Origin: an uncultured Candidatus Saccharibacteria bacterium
GTDB lineage: Bacteria; Patescibacteriota; Minisyncoccia; Phycocordibacterales; Phycocordibacteraceae
Length of the DNA stretch: 64,000 bases
Reading direction: 5' to 3'
Assembly: GCA_964446735.1 (NCBI GenBank)
Contig: CAYUQB010000001.1
Span: 380,460 to 444,459, forward strand
Shown: positions 17,713 through 27,353 of the stretch, in pieces
Layout: each line of letters begins with the position of its first letter
Position numbering within the stretch: position 1 is the stretch's first letter
The notes under the pieces: generated by a model
Told to the model about the DNA's origin: nothing
Database searches by the model: none
Seen by the model: the letters and a program-made list of their open reading frames with translations, nothing else
Made by a program: the position numbers and the translations under genes

Positions 17713-18838
17713 GCGCTTCAATACCAGGGAGGGTACCGTACGCAAGAAAGTCGAGCATCGCACCGCCGCCAGTTGATACGAACGAGAACTTCGAGGTAAG
17801 TCCGAGTACCTCAAGTGCCGCTACCGTATCTCCCCCACCAAGTACGCTGAAGGCCGAGCTCGCCGTAATCATACGGGCGAGTTGTTCGGTCGCTTTCGTA
17901 TACCCCGTCTCGTATCGTCCGAGCGTGCCGTTCCAGAGAATGGTTTTTGCTTTCTTAATGTATGGGCCGAGTGCTTCAATAGAGGCCGGACCAATATCAA
18001 GTATGGCCACATCCTTAGGCACACTATCGACACCAACCACTCGGGAAGAGCCCACAGCGGCATCAGGTGCGTTCACGATAACGTCGCGTGGTACTAGAAG
18101 ATCAAGATTGGTGAGGAGGCGACGCATCTCGCGCATGTCACCACCTGAAGTGAGTGAACGACCTACTTCGTGCCCTTCTGCTTGAATGAAATCATTGGCA
18201 AGCGCACCGCCGATGAACACCTTGTCGTATCCTCCGAGCAACGAAACAATGACTGGCTCCTTGGTCGCAAACTTCGCACCAGCAATGATCGCCAGAGAGG
18301 GAGCCTTCGGCGTGAGCGCTTTCCGTAACTGCCGTACTTCTTCTTCAAGAAGAAACCCTGCGTAACTCGGGAGGTGACGGGGAACCCCCACCACGGATGC
18401 ATGTTCGCGGTGGCATACATCAAATGAATCCTCGACAAACATATCAGCAAGCGAGGCGAGTTCGTGCGCAAATTCCGGATCGTTCATTTTCTCCCCACGA
18501 TGACGACGTAGGTTCTCGAGCATCAGCACATCGCCAGGACGCATACGCGCGACGGCATCTTGCGCTTCACTACCAATCGACACCGGACAGAATGAGAGCG
18601 ACGGAACGAATGACTGGAGCGCTCGGTATACCGGCTCGAGAGTTTCAGTGCCGTGGTCGCCAATATGACCACACAAAATAACCCGAGCTCCCTTTTTCTG
18701 GAGATAGTGGATCGTGGGTAGTGCCTGACGAAGTCGGTACGTATTAACGACGGTGCCGTTTTCAACCGGTACATTAAGTGCCGCGCGCACCAGCACGGCC
18801 GCTCCCATTGGCCGAGAAATCTTCTTGACGCTCCGCAT
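17699..18838 (-). CDS. pgk: phosphoglycerate kinase (divergent)
   Basis: LENLR, GGALANDF, LDIGP, GGGDT, STGGGAML. Confidence 0.92.
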   Translation of the reverse strand: MRSVKKISRPMGAAVLVRAALNVPVENGTVVNTYRLRQALPTIHYLQKKGARVILCGHIGDHGTETLEPVYRALQSFVPSLSFCPVSIGSEAQDAVARMRPGDVLMLENLRRHRGEKMNDPEFAHELASLADMFVEDSFDVCHREHASVVGVPRHLPSYAGFLLEEEVRQLRKALTPKAPSLAIIAGAKFATKEPVIVSLLGGYDKVFIGGALANDFIQAEGHEVGRSLTSGGDMREMRRLLTNLDLLVPRDVIVNAPDAAVGSSRVVGVDSVPKDVAILDIGPASIEALGPYIKKAKTILWNGTLGRYETGYTKATEQLARMITASSAFSVLGGGDTVAALEVLGLTSKFSFVSTGGGAMLDFLAYGTLPGIEALTKR

Positions 18839-18839
18839 A

Positions 18840-19580
18840 CTACGATACCGCTTTTACCAGTGCGCCGAACATCGTTGTGTCGGTACTCGCACGTCCTATG
18901 AGAAAGCCATCAATACCAGTTGCCGCTGCAAGTGTGCGTGCATTCACGGGCTCCACGGAGCCACCATACAAAATACGCACTTTCTGGTTTCCCTTTCCCG
19001 GAAGATACTCTCCCAGAAGTTTTCGTAGATAGAGCACCATTTCAGTTAGATCTGAAGGGGTGATCGCGCTACTCGCGGCTTTGCCAATCGCCCAGATAGG
19101 CTCATACGCAATCACCAACCCTCGACGGTCTTTTTCTGAAAGGGACGAGAACACCGAATCAATCTGGGTACGCAGACGGGATAGGTAGCGAGCTTCTGGA
19201 TCGCGTTCCGTCTCCCCAATGCACACGATGGGCGTGAGCCCCTGGGCAAGCGCCAGACGAACTTTCTCGCTGACCGTCAGGTCGGTCTCGCCCATAGCAC
19301 GGCGTTCGGAATGTCCGATGATGACATACGAGACTCGCATGTTCGCAAGAAGACTAGCCGTGACTTCTCCGGTTGCTGCACCTCCTGCATGTACCGATAC
19401 GTCCTGCGCAGCAAATAAGACTTTCGAACGGTTACTGGCGACGAGGTACCCCAGGTGCGGGAGCGAGGGTGCGAGCACAATCTCGTGTGTGCCGCTGGTG
19501 AGGCGTTTTGCGGTCGCATACAACCGCTTGGCCTTTTCAAGGGTTTCGACGTACGCTTTCCAGTTTCCGACGATGAGCAT
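18840..19580 (-). CDS. tpiA: triosephosphate isomerase
   Basis: VGNWK, GHSERR, AYEPIWAIG, LYGGSV; start at MLIVGNWK. Confidence 0.95.
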   Translation of the reverse strand: MLIVGNWKAYVETLEKAKRLYATAKRLTSGTHEIVLAPSLPHLGYLVASNRSKVLFAAQDVSVHAGGAATGEVTASLLANMRVSYVIIGHSERRAMGETDLTVSEKVRLALAQGLTPIVCIGETERDPEARYLSRLRTQIDSVFSSLSEKDRRGLVIAYEPIWAIGKAASSAITPSDLTEMVLYLRKLLGEYLPGKGNQKVRILYGGSVEPVNARTLAAATGIDGFLIGRASTDTTMFGALVKAVS

Positions 19581-19609
19581 GCCTCTATCATAGCAGGCGG
19601 CTCCAGCCG

Positions 19610-21031
19610 CTATTCCTGGCGCCAATCTACGAATTGGAAGTCAGAAGAGGTGAATGGAGTAAAGGGCGGAGGACTCGTCGAGAGCTTGCGATCATAGGCA
19701 TCAATACGAGTTTGGTAACCACCGTTGCTCCCACTCCCGCACCCATTGGTCCATTTTGTTCCGGTACGCTTATTGGAAACCGTCGTTCCAAGAATCGTGA
19801 GCGTGGTACGTGGTTCCCACGAACTCGGGCAACTATAGAGATTCCTTCCAAATGCGCCGCTTTGCGCAATGAAAATACCATTGAGGGTCATCGTGCTCGG
19901 CGAGTTGGGTGTAATGAGAATATTCTTTTCGGCGATAACCGTGATCCCGTTCGTGCCATCAGTCGTGACGTAGGTGAGATTGCCCGGAAGCATGATGTTA
20001 GGGTCGACGCCTGAATGTACGGTGTCGGCAGCAATAACGGTCACCTTGGTGTTAACCGTACCCTCCACCCATACATGATCCTCAACGTAGATAACCGGAC
20101 AGGTCACCGGTATCGTACGGGTTTCATACAGAGTCTCGTTTCGAATACGGGTGTAGTCAGACGTATCTGAAGAACCGTCTACTGCCGCTTGAATGCTGGT
20201 GTTGTATTCATTTGTGACTCGGTACACGGACACCGTGTTATCAGCATTAAAAACAAGATGGTAGCCCTTGTAATACGAAACACCTCCACCGCCCGAGCTG
20301 TAGCGAGGATAGTAGATACCACCGTTATTCTGCACGACGGTCTTCACGGTACCAAAGTCAGCAGCAATAGCACTGAAATCCACCTGCGGCGTTGGGTAGC
20401 TCCAAAGATCCTGGTTTGGGCCTGCGCCGAACACCCCTGGCTGAACGGTCGTTGGGCTGCATCCGTAGGACGACGTGCACGACCAGGTAGCAAGTGAGCT
20501 CGTCACGGGAGCGTTCGCGGTACCATCCATGCGAACTCCTCCGTTTGAGTGATACGGTCCTGAAATAACGCGGTCGGAACCGGCCCAAACTGACGCATTC
20601 ACTATATAGGAATAGCGGGCCACCGAGGGTCGTGCGTAGCGTGCGTTCACGGTAGCAGAACTAGCACTCCCCTCTGCTCGCCCGGTCGATTCGAGATCGA
20701 TAGATGTAATCGATCCGCATGCAGTATTGCCCGTCACCGCAAGTGTAATTGTGCCTGCCGTACCCCCTTCCGGATCGCTAAAGGGAATCACGTACGGACC
20801 CGGTGCCCCCGTGCCGTTTTGTAGATCATCCGGGAAATGGGCGAGGTGCCATTTGTAGTATTCAATGCCGGCCTCAGCAATGGCGAGTCCCTTGCTTTGG
20901 TCTGTTTGTGACGATTGAAGTTTATTTTCGGTCAGCACGAAACTCGAGAGTGCGAAGATGACCATCAGAAACACCGACCCAAACACGAGGGCTAGAAGCA
21001 TCAAATATCCACGCGGGGAGGGAGTAACCAT
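19610..21031 (-). CDS. PilX-like minor pilin / pilus assembly protein
   Basis: RG|YLMLLALV prepilin-like N-terminus lacking E5, followed by AEAGIE; last gene of the pilin cluster. Confidence 0.75.
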   Translation of the reverse strand: MVTPSPRGYLMLLALVFGSVFLMVIFALSSFVLTENKLQSSQTDQSKGLAIAEAGIEYYKWHLAHFPDDLQNGTGAPGPYVIPFSDPEGGTAGTITLAVTGNTACGSITSIDLESTGRAEGSASSATVNARYARPSVARYSYIVNASVWAGSDRVISGPYHSNGGVRMDGTANAPVTSSLATWSCTSSYGCSPTTVQPGVFGAGPNQDLWSYPTPQVDFSAIAADFGTVKTVVQNNGGIYYPRYSSGGGGVSYYKGYHLVFNADNTVSVYRVTNEYNTSIQAAVDGSSDTSDYTRIRNETLYETRTIPVTCPVIYVEDHVWVEGTVNTKVTVIAADTVHSGVDPNIMLPGNLTYVTTDGTNGITVIAEKNILITPNSPSTMTLNGIFIAQSGAFGRNLYSCPSSWEPRTTLTILGTTVSNKRTGTKWTNGCGSGSNGGYQTRIDAYDRKLSTSPPPFTPFTSSDFQFVDWRQE

Positions 21032-21033
21032 TA

Positions 21034-21639
21034 CTATCGTAAATTGCGGAGCGTTGCGGTCTCCTGCAAGGTAATGATATCAGGAGCGCGCATTGGATTG
21101 AGATCGACCATGATGGACGTGGTGATGGCTTCGATCAGTGATACGTCTATCGTCGATGAGGAAATCTCAGTACCCGTTGAATCGTAGTAGCGGAATAGGG
21201 GCGACGAGGTGCCATTGCGTACATAGGTGGCGATAGTCGATGTTGAAGTCGTTCCGGTATACTCCGGCGGATTGCCCGTTGCCTCGGTAATGGTTCGGTA
21301 GAATGTCTCACCGTCGAGAGAAAGTCGGATACGCTCCACCGAATTGTCGCCATCGACATCGCTATAAAACGTAATGGACGACGTGGCTGCGCTTTGGATA
21401 GGAAATGAGCCATCTTCGCCATATGCAGCTTGGCGCAGGTTCTCGAAAGAAATGCGCATACCGCGACGCGCACTATCAATAGCGGAAGTCTGCTGGAGAA
21501 TATAAGAATTCGTACGGTAAAAGTTCACGATGAGACTGTTGATCGTGATGCCCAGAAGCACCGTCACAGAGAGAAGAACCATAACTTCGATTAATGTGAG
21601 GCCGCGCATATGGGATGTGTTATGGGAAGGATGCTGCAT
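21034..21639 (-). CDS. type IV minor pilin (PilW/PulJ-like)
   Basis: RG|LTLIEVMV class III signal peptide. Confidence 0.82.
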   Translation of the reverse strand: MQHPSHNTSHMRGLTLIEVMVLLSVTVLLGITINSLIVNFYRTNSYILQQTSAIDSARRGMRISFENLRQAAYGEDGSFPIQSAATSSITFYSDVDGDNSVERIRLSLDGETFYRTITEATGNPPEYTGTTSTSTIATYVRNGTSSPLFRYYDSTGTEISSSTIDVSLIEAITTSIMVDLNPMRAPDIITLQETATLRNLR

Positions 21640-23335
21640 AGAAAAGATGGCCGGAAATGGTTACGTCGGTGTAGTTCGTAGTGGTGTATCCGGTCTTGGC
21701 GATCGTAATGGTATAGGTACCACTTGCGAGTCCTCCAAAATACGCGGTTCCGCAGGTGGACGTCGTAACGATTTCCGAACCGCTTGAGCTGTCAGTAAGC
21801 GTAACGGTAGCACCTGAAACACTCGCACCCGTAGTATCTCGTACCCACACGAGCGCACGATGCGTTGTCGCATCTCCTAAGTAGAGCGCAGCTGAATTGG
21901 TTGATCCAGGAGAAAGTGCGTACGGTGGGGCGGCACAAGCCTCAACGACATCATATCCGGTTATAGAAAACGTATAGGAGTCCCACTCAAGTGACAGTGG
22001 GGCTATGCCTGACGCATTCGTTGAGGTACTGAGTGTCGTCTTCAAAATAGGGGCACCACCACCCGTGGACCCGATAACCTTGGTGCCCGAGAGTGTGAAC
22101 GGAACATTCGGTTCGGGAACCGGGCCGACTCGCGAATTAAGGCTCCACGTATCAACTGATGGGGTACTCGACGCGTCAGTCGTGCTCATGGTCGCAACGA
22201 GCGAGAGTGATGGGTAGGTAGAAGTTGAAACAGTGGAGAGATCAATGGAGGTCGATGTAAACCCTGCACTGTTACCAGGCACATCGGCATCAGGAAGTAT
22301 CGTGCCAGCTGCGTCAGCGACCTGCACGCGCACAGTGGTATTACTCGGAGTCAGGAGTGTCGTACTTGCCGTAGTCCAGTACGCAAGCAACGCTGGAGCA
22401 ACTGCGGTTGAACGTGCCGATCCATTGGCGAGATAGCCACCCGCATCGCTTCCTAACTGAAGGCGGCCGCCCGACACCGTTGCGTTGGTGAGAGAGGCAA
22501 GTTGCGAGGAATCGGCAAACGTATCAGTAGTCGAGGTCGCACGTATGGGGTAGTAGGTTGCGAGCGTGAGTGTTGCGAGGGTGTCGATAGCAAACGTTGC
22601 GGTCGTTGTCGTATTTTCAACGACGGTGAAGTATCCCGGAGTGGGGTTCTGATTCACCGCATCGCGCGCATACGTCTGCGCGCTTGAGTAGCCATCCTTG
22701 GATACATATATCTGATATTGCGTTGATGTTGCCGCTCCACCCAGGTACACTGTTCCCGTCACATCCGAGAATGTTGTCACATCGATTGTCGGACTCGTGC
22801 TCGCATTTACTACCTGCACACTTGCACCAGCAACTGGGTCGCCAGTCGCATTCACGACCACGATCTTGAGCGTTCCTCCACCCGTAGTCGTCTCTATCGA
22901 AGCGGGCGCATACGTTGATACGAACGGAAGCTCATAGTACTTACCGCGTAGTTCGTAGGTAACTTCGACTTTTATTCTCTTATAGTCAGTAGTAATGCCG
23001 TTTGTGTCTGCGGCATCGCTCCCATCCGCAGGGTCATCTACGTATCCAATAAAGGTACGGACGCTATACGTAATACCGTTCATGGTCGTAGTCGCGTACT
23101 GCGGAACCACGCCCGCAGGAATGCCTCCAACCGTTCCTACTGAATCATAGGAAAGTGAGCGAACATACTCCATGTGCGTGTTCCCTACCGCAGTTGCACC
23201 GGCGCGAGCCTTCGCGACCGATGCGATGAGAAGCGAACTGCGCAGTAATCCGATCAGCGCAAGAAAAATAATGAGCACTAGCGTAGAACCAACGAGGACA
23301 TCAACCATCGAAAGGCCTCGAGGAGCAGCAGTCAT
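21620..23335 (-). CDS. large minor pilin with carboxypeptidase-regulatory-like beta-sandwich domains
   Basis: RG|LSMVDVLVG prepilin motif; PVAGASVQV and SVSGATVTL..YTITIAKTGY repeats; Thr/Ser-rich. Confidence 0.75.
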   Translation of the reverse strand: MTAAPRGLSMVDVLVGSTLVLIIFLALIGLLRSSLLIASVAKARAGATAVGNTHMEYVRSLSYDSVGTVGGIPAGVVPQYATTTMNGITYSVRTFIGYVDDPADGSDAADTNGITTDYKRIKVEVTYELRGKYYELPFVSTYAPASIETTTGGGTLKIVVVNATGDPVAGASVQVVNASTSPTIDVTTFSDVTGTVYLGGAATSTQYQIYVSKDGYSSAQTYARDAVNQNPTPGYFTVVENTTTTATFAIDTLATLTLATYYPIRATSTTDTFADSSQLASLTNATVSGGRLQLGSDAGGYLANGSARSTAVAPALLAYWTTASTTLLTPSNTTVRVQVADAAGTILPDADVPGNSAGFTSTSIDLSTVSTSTYPSLSLVATMSTTDASSTPSVDTWSLNSRVGPVPEPNVPFTLSGTKVIGSTGGGAPILKTTLSTSTNASGIAPLSLEWDSYTFSITGYDVVEACAAPPYALSPGSTNSAALYLGDATTHRALVWVRDTTGASVSGATVTLTDSSSGSEIVTTSTCGTAYFGGLASGTYTITIAKTGYTTTNYTDVTISGHLFYAASFP

Positions 23336-23360
23336 GCGGATATGATACCGCGAGTATCGC

Positions 23361-24575
23361 CTAGATTTTCGACGACAGAGAGTAAATCGGACTGATCATC
23401 GCGAGTGCAAAGATACCTACCGCCACACCGATTACGAGCATGAGTATCGGCTCAATGATGGTGGAGAGATCTTTGGTACGGTCTTCAACATCCGTCTCGT
23501 AGTACTCCGCTACCTGCCCAAGCATGTCAGCAACTTTTCCGGTTTCCTCACCCACCGCGATCATATCGGCCATAAAGAAGGGATAGAGTTTCCCGTGTTC
23601 AGAGAAGGGAGCCGAGAGCGGGTCGCCCTTCTTCACGCGCTCACTCGCATCACTGACCACCCGACCGAATATGTTATCTCCCACAACCTCGGCAGCGATA
23701 TCGATGGCAGTGACCATTTCAACGCCAGAAGAGAGCAGTGAGGAAAGGGAACGTGCGGCACGAGCGGCAAATGTTTCGCGAACGAGTTCCCCAATGACTG
23801 GTATGCGGAGCGATACCGCAAGAATGATGCGATGCCCGAACCGTGAGTGCGAGAATATGAAGATCCCGCCAAATACCAGAATGAGCGCGAGAAATACGAG
23901 CCCGACGTTTTGTGCCATGAAGTCGGAACTGGCAATGATGATCCGAGTTGCAGTCGGAAGCGCAACCCCGAGCGATTTGAAGGTTGCTGAAAGAGTCGGC
24001 ACGACGTAGATCATCATCAGTACGGCGATGACCACAATGGCCGAAAGAATGATCCCTGGATAAATCATCGCGCCCCGAATCTTCTTCTCGAGTGTGAAGG
24101 AACGGTCCATCTGGCGTGCGACCACCCGAAGCGATTCAGCGAGCTTCCCCGATTCTTCGCCGGCCTTGGTCATCGAAATGAAGAGTCGCGAGAAGATATT
24201 TCGATGCTCAGCAAGGGCCTCATGAAATGCCATACCTTCTTTGATACGCTCTTCAAGCGATCCGACGATTTCTTTTAATCGTCTGTTACGCGTCTGCCGC
24301 GCAATGACCGAGAGTGCTCGAGAAAGCGTGAGGCCCGCCGAGAGCATGGCGGCAAGGTTTTTGGTAAAGGTGATGCGTTCCTCGGTCTTAACACCACTGC
24401 CAATCGTAATGTTCGCAATCTTCGAGATCGAAATGCCACCACCTCCCTCTTCAATGGCAAGGACTCGTCCTCCTTCTTTCTCTATATCTCCGTAAATAGT
24501 GAAGCGCGATGGCGCTTCCATAACGCGCGTCTCTTCTCCACCGTCTTCGCGTTTCATCTTCACGCGGTATTTCAT
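23361..24575 (-). CDS. pilC: type IV pilus platform protein (PilC/GspF)
   Basis: NLAAMLSAGL, AGEESGKL, AMIYP, VGEETGK, IEPIL. Confidence 0.93.
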   Translation of the reverse strand: MKYRVKMKREDGGEETRVMEAPSRFTIYGDIEKEGGRVLAIEEGGGGISISKIANITIGSGVKTEERITFTKNLAAMLSAGLTLSRALSVIARQTRNRRLKEIVGSLEERIKEGMAFHEALAEHRNIFSRLFISMTKAGEESGKLAESLRVVARQMDRSFTLEKKIRGAMIYPGIILSAIVVIAVLMMIYVVPTLSATFKSLGVALPTATRIIIASSDFMAQNVGLVFLALILVFGGIFIFSHSRFGHRIILAVSLRIPVIGELVRETFAARAARSLSSLLSSGVEMVTAIDIAAEVVGDNIFGRVVSDASERVKKGDPLSAPFSEHGKLYPFFMADMIAVGEETGKVADMLGQVAEYYETDVEDRTKDLSTIIEPILMLVIGVAVGIFALAMISPIYSLSSKI

Positions 24576-24658
24576 AAAAAAATTCTAGCACGCAAAAAGC
24601 TCGGAGCCGGGTTTCTCGTTCGAGAAACCCGGCTCACGTGCGGCCGATGGAGTGACCG

Positions 24659-24997
24659 CTAGCGCGCGCGAGCGCGCGAGCCGCCGAACAAGGGGGCGAA
24701 GAGGCCTCCGAGGTAGCTCGCGACGACGCCTAGAGCGAACGCAGCGCTGATGTCGTACCCGTCCTCATAGGCGAGGACATTGCGGCACAGCACCGCGCCG
24801 ATGACGCCCAGAAGGACGAAGACGCCTGATGCGAGCAGGCCCTCCGCCCTGATCTTCTGCGCGAGCCAGGTCCAGACGAGGCCCGCTCCCATGATGCCGA
24901 TGGCCCAGGGGATGAAGCCGCCGTCCACCACTGGTAGGCCAAGGGCGGTGCCGGCGAGCACCACTCCGAGTATGGCGGTTAAAACGAACTTGGACAT
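24659..24997 (-). CDS. hypothetical 4-TM membrane protein (GC-rich orphan)
   Basis: Hydrophobic 112-aa ORF between pilB and pilC, followed by a hairpin (GAGCCGGGTTTCTCG/CGAGAAACCCGGCTC, ~24604-24635). Confidence 0.7.
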   Translation of the reverse strand: MSKFVLTAILGVVLAGTALGLPVVDGGFIPWAIGIMGAGLVWTWLAQKIRAEGLLASGVFVLLGVIGAVLCRNVLAYEDGYDISAAFALGVVASYLGGLFAPLFGGSRARAR

Positions 24998-25086
24998 TCT
25001 CTCTATCCTCGCTGAGTCGCGCGTCCATAGCGAACGTTTTCATGCAACTCCTGTCCGCGTTATACCACTCTCACGCTCGGACGCAA

Positions 25087-26841
25087 TTAGCCGTCGTTCA
25101 CTGCGCGAAGCACTTCCTCAACCGAAGTGATGCCCCGTGCTGCTTTGTAAATTCCGTCTTCAAGCATAGTGAGCATGCCTTCTTTGCGTGCCTGCGCTTC
25201 AATGGCGTCGGGGGATGCACTATGCAGCACGAGATCACGAATGGTAGGTGATACGGTCAGAATCTCATGAATGCCAATGCGGCTCTTGTAGCCATCCTCG
25301 CATTCAGCTGAAGGTTTCGGATGGTAAAACGGGAGCGTATCGAGCTTGGTGCCTTCCTTCACCAACTTCTCCTCTTTAAGGGAGGTAAACGCCGCTTCGA
25401 ACTTATCCGCGGTCGCCACTTTATCACGCGCTTGTTGGTCGAGCGTGTACTCTTCTTTGTCATCGCACAGACGACGCACGAGCCGCTGTCCCACGACGAG
25501 TCTGAGCGTGGAGACGAGGAGGAAGGGTTCCACTCCCATGTCCATGAGACGAGGGATGGCACCAGCAGCCGAGTTGGTGTGAATCGTCGAAAGCACGATG
25601 TGACCAGTGAGCGCCGCATTGATCGCAAGCGATGCCGTTTCGCTATCGCGGATCTCACCCACCATGATGATGTTTGGGTCCTGACGCAGCAGTGCGCGCA
25701 GGCCTGCCGCAAAGGTCATACCAATTTGTGGGTTCACCTGCGTTTGGTTGACCCGTTTCATTTGGTATTCAATTGGATCCTCGATGGTGGAAATGTTTAC
25801 GTCCGGCGTATTGAGAATATCGAGAATGGTATAGAGCGTTGTCGTCTTGCCGGAACCGGTCGGACCCGATACCAAAATGATGCCGGTCGTCTGTTTCGTC
25901 GCCATATGAATCCGCTCCAGGGTTTCTCCGTGGAACCCGAGCGCTTCAAGAGTGAAGCCTTCGCCCGTCTCGCGCAGAAGGCGCATCACGATCTTCTCGC
26001 CGTAGTAGGTCGGAAGAAGAGAAACACGGAAGGAAACCTTCTCACCATCGGTCTCCATTTTGAAGCGACCGTCCTGCGGGAGACGCTTCTCATCGAGCTT
26101 TAGGTTCGAGAGCACTTTGATACGTGCGGTGATACCAGGTCCTGCATTCTTCGGAAGCGTCATCGCGTCGTGGAGCATACCGTCAATTCGGTATCGCACG
26201 AGCGTCGCCTCTTCCATGGGCTCAATGTGAATGTCAGACGCGTCCTGAATGATTGCATGACGCAGCAATGTGTCCACGATACGAACGATTGGGAGATCTT
26301 CCGCCATCTTCTTGAGGTCTTCACCCGACGCATCCTCACCGATGGCTTCTTTCACTAAATTAATGCGCCCAGCTTCGGTGGTGATAAGATCGCCGAATTC
26401 TTCTTTGAGAGACTTCTGATATTGCAGGAGGGCGTGCTTGAGCGACTCATCATCCGTAAGTCGGGGCTGAATATTAAAGCCAGTCTTTTTACGTACCGAG
26501 TCGATTGCGGGCAGATCCTGTGTATCGAGCATTGCTACTTCCAGATCGGAACCATCCTTACGAAAGGCGACGATGCTGTGAGTGCGCGCAATAGGCTCTG
26601 GAATAAGTGAAAGCACTTCAAGCGGGATCTTCTTGTCCTTCAGATTCACGAACGGAATGCCAAGAACGTACGCCTTAATGCGACGGAGCGCATCTTGGGT
26701 AAGCGCGCCTTGCGACACGAGAATGTCGCCGATTGATTGCTGACGTTCTTTCGCTTCTGTGTCAGCCGCTTCAACATCTTTGCGCGGCACGAGACCAGAA
26801 TCGAGAATGAACGACTTCAACTCGCTTTCAGAAACTTGCAT
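25087..26841 (-). CDS. pilB: type IV pilus assembly ATPase (PilB/GspE)
   Basis: ASDIHIEP, RLPQDGR, GPTGSGKTT, LRQDPNIIMVGEIRD, TGHIVLSTIHTN. Confidence 0.94.
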   Translation of the reverse strand: MQVSESELKSFILDSGLVPRKDVEAADTEAKERQQSIGDILVSQGALTQDALRRIKAYVLGIPFVNLKDKKIPLEVLSLIPEPIARTHSIVAFRKDGSDLEVAMLDTQDLPAIDSVRKKTGFNIQPRLTDDESLKHALLQYQKSLKEEFGDLITTEAGRINLVKEAIGEDASGEDLKKMAEDLPIVRIVDTLLRHAIIQDASDIHIEPMEEATLVRYRIDGMLHDAMTLPKNAGPGITARIKVLSNLKLDEKRLPQDGRFKMETDGEKVSFRVSLLPTYYGEKIVMRLLRETGEGFTLEALGFHGETLERIHMATKQTTGIILVSGPTGSGKTTTLYTILDILNTPDVNISTIEDPIEYQMKRVNQTQVNPQIGMTFAAGLRALLRQDPNIIMVGEIRDSETASLAINAALTGHIVLSTIHTNSAAGAIPRLMDMGVEPFLLVSTLRLVVGQRLVRRLCDDKEEYTLDQQARDKVATADKFEAAFTSLKEEKLVKEGTKLDTLPFYHPKPSAECEDGYKSRIGIHEILTVSPTIRDLVLHSASPDAIEAQARKEGMLTMLEDGIYKAARGITSVEEVLRAVNDG

Positions 26842-27353
26842 ATCTATACCAAAAGTATAGCGCGTAACGTGTAACACGCTTGCGATAAAAAGAATAATTG
26901 TGAATCGGAACCCTAGGTTCGCTCTGGTTTCGTTCCAGCAATTTCCAATCGAAAAGTTTTATTGATCCGTGAAACTCGAGCAAGTGCAGAATGTCTCTTC
27001 TGGGTGTCGGCTACTGTATGAAATTGAATAACTTTTTAGCGATGCGCCCAACTACTTGGGGGGAGAACTTACTATCGACTCCTACATTCCGCTACGCGTG
27101 AAATTATTCTTGCTTCAATAATTAATATGAGCGTGAAAGATCTCTTTATACCAGCAGGGATATCGGACTCGTATTAATTTCAAATGGAAGCAGCATGAAA
27201 CGTTTATACACTCAGGACGCGAAGATAAGTTCCGCTCCATCTTGTCTGGATTGACGCCATACCTATATATGGTATCCTTCCGCTATCTGAGATGTCCGCA
27301 CCCGCGGGCATTTCTCTTTAAAAAGGTGCGACAACTGAATAACGCATGGGCTT

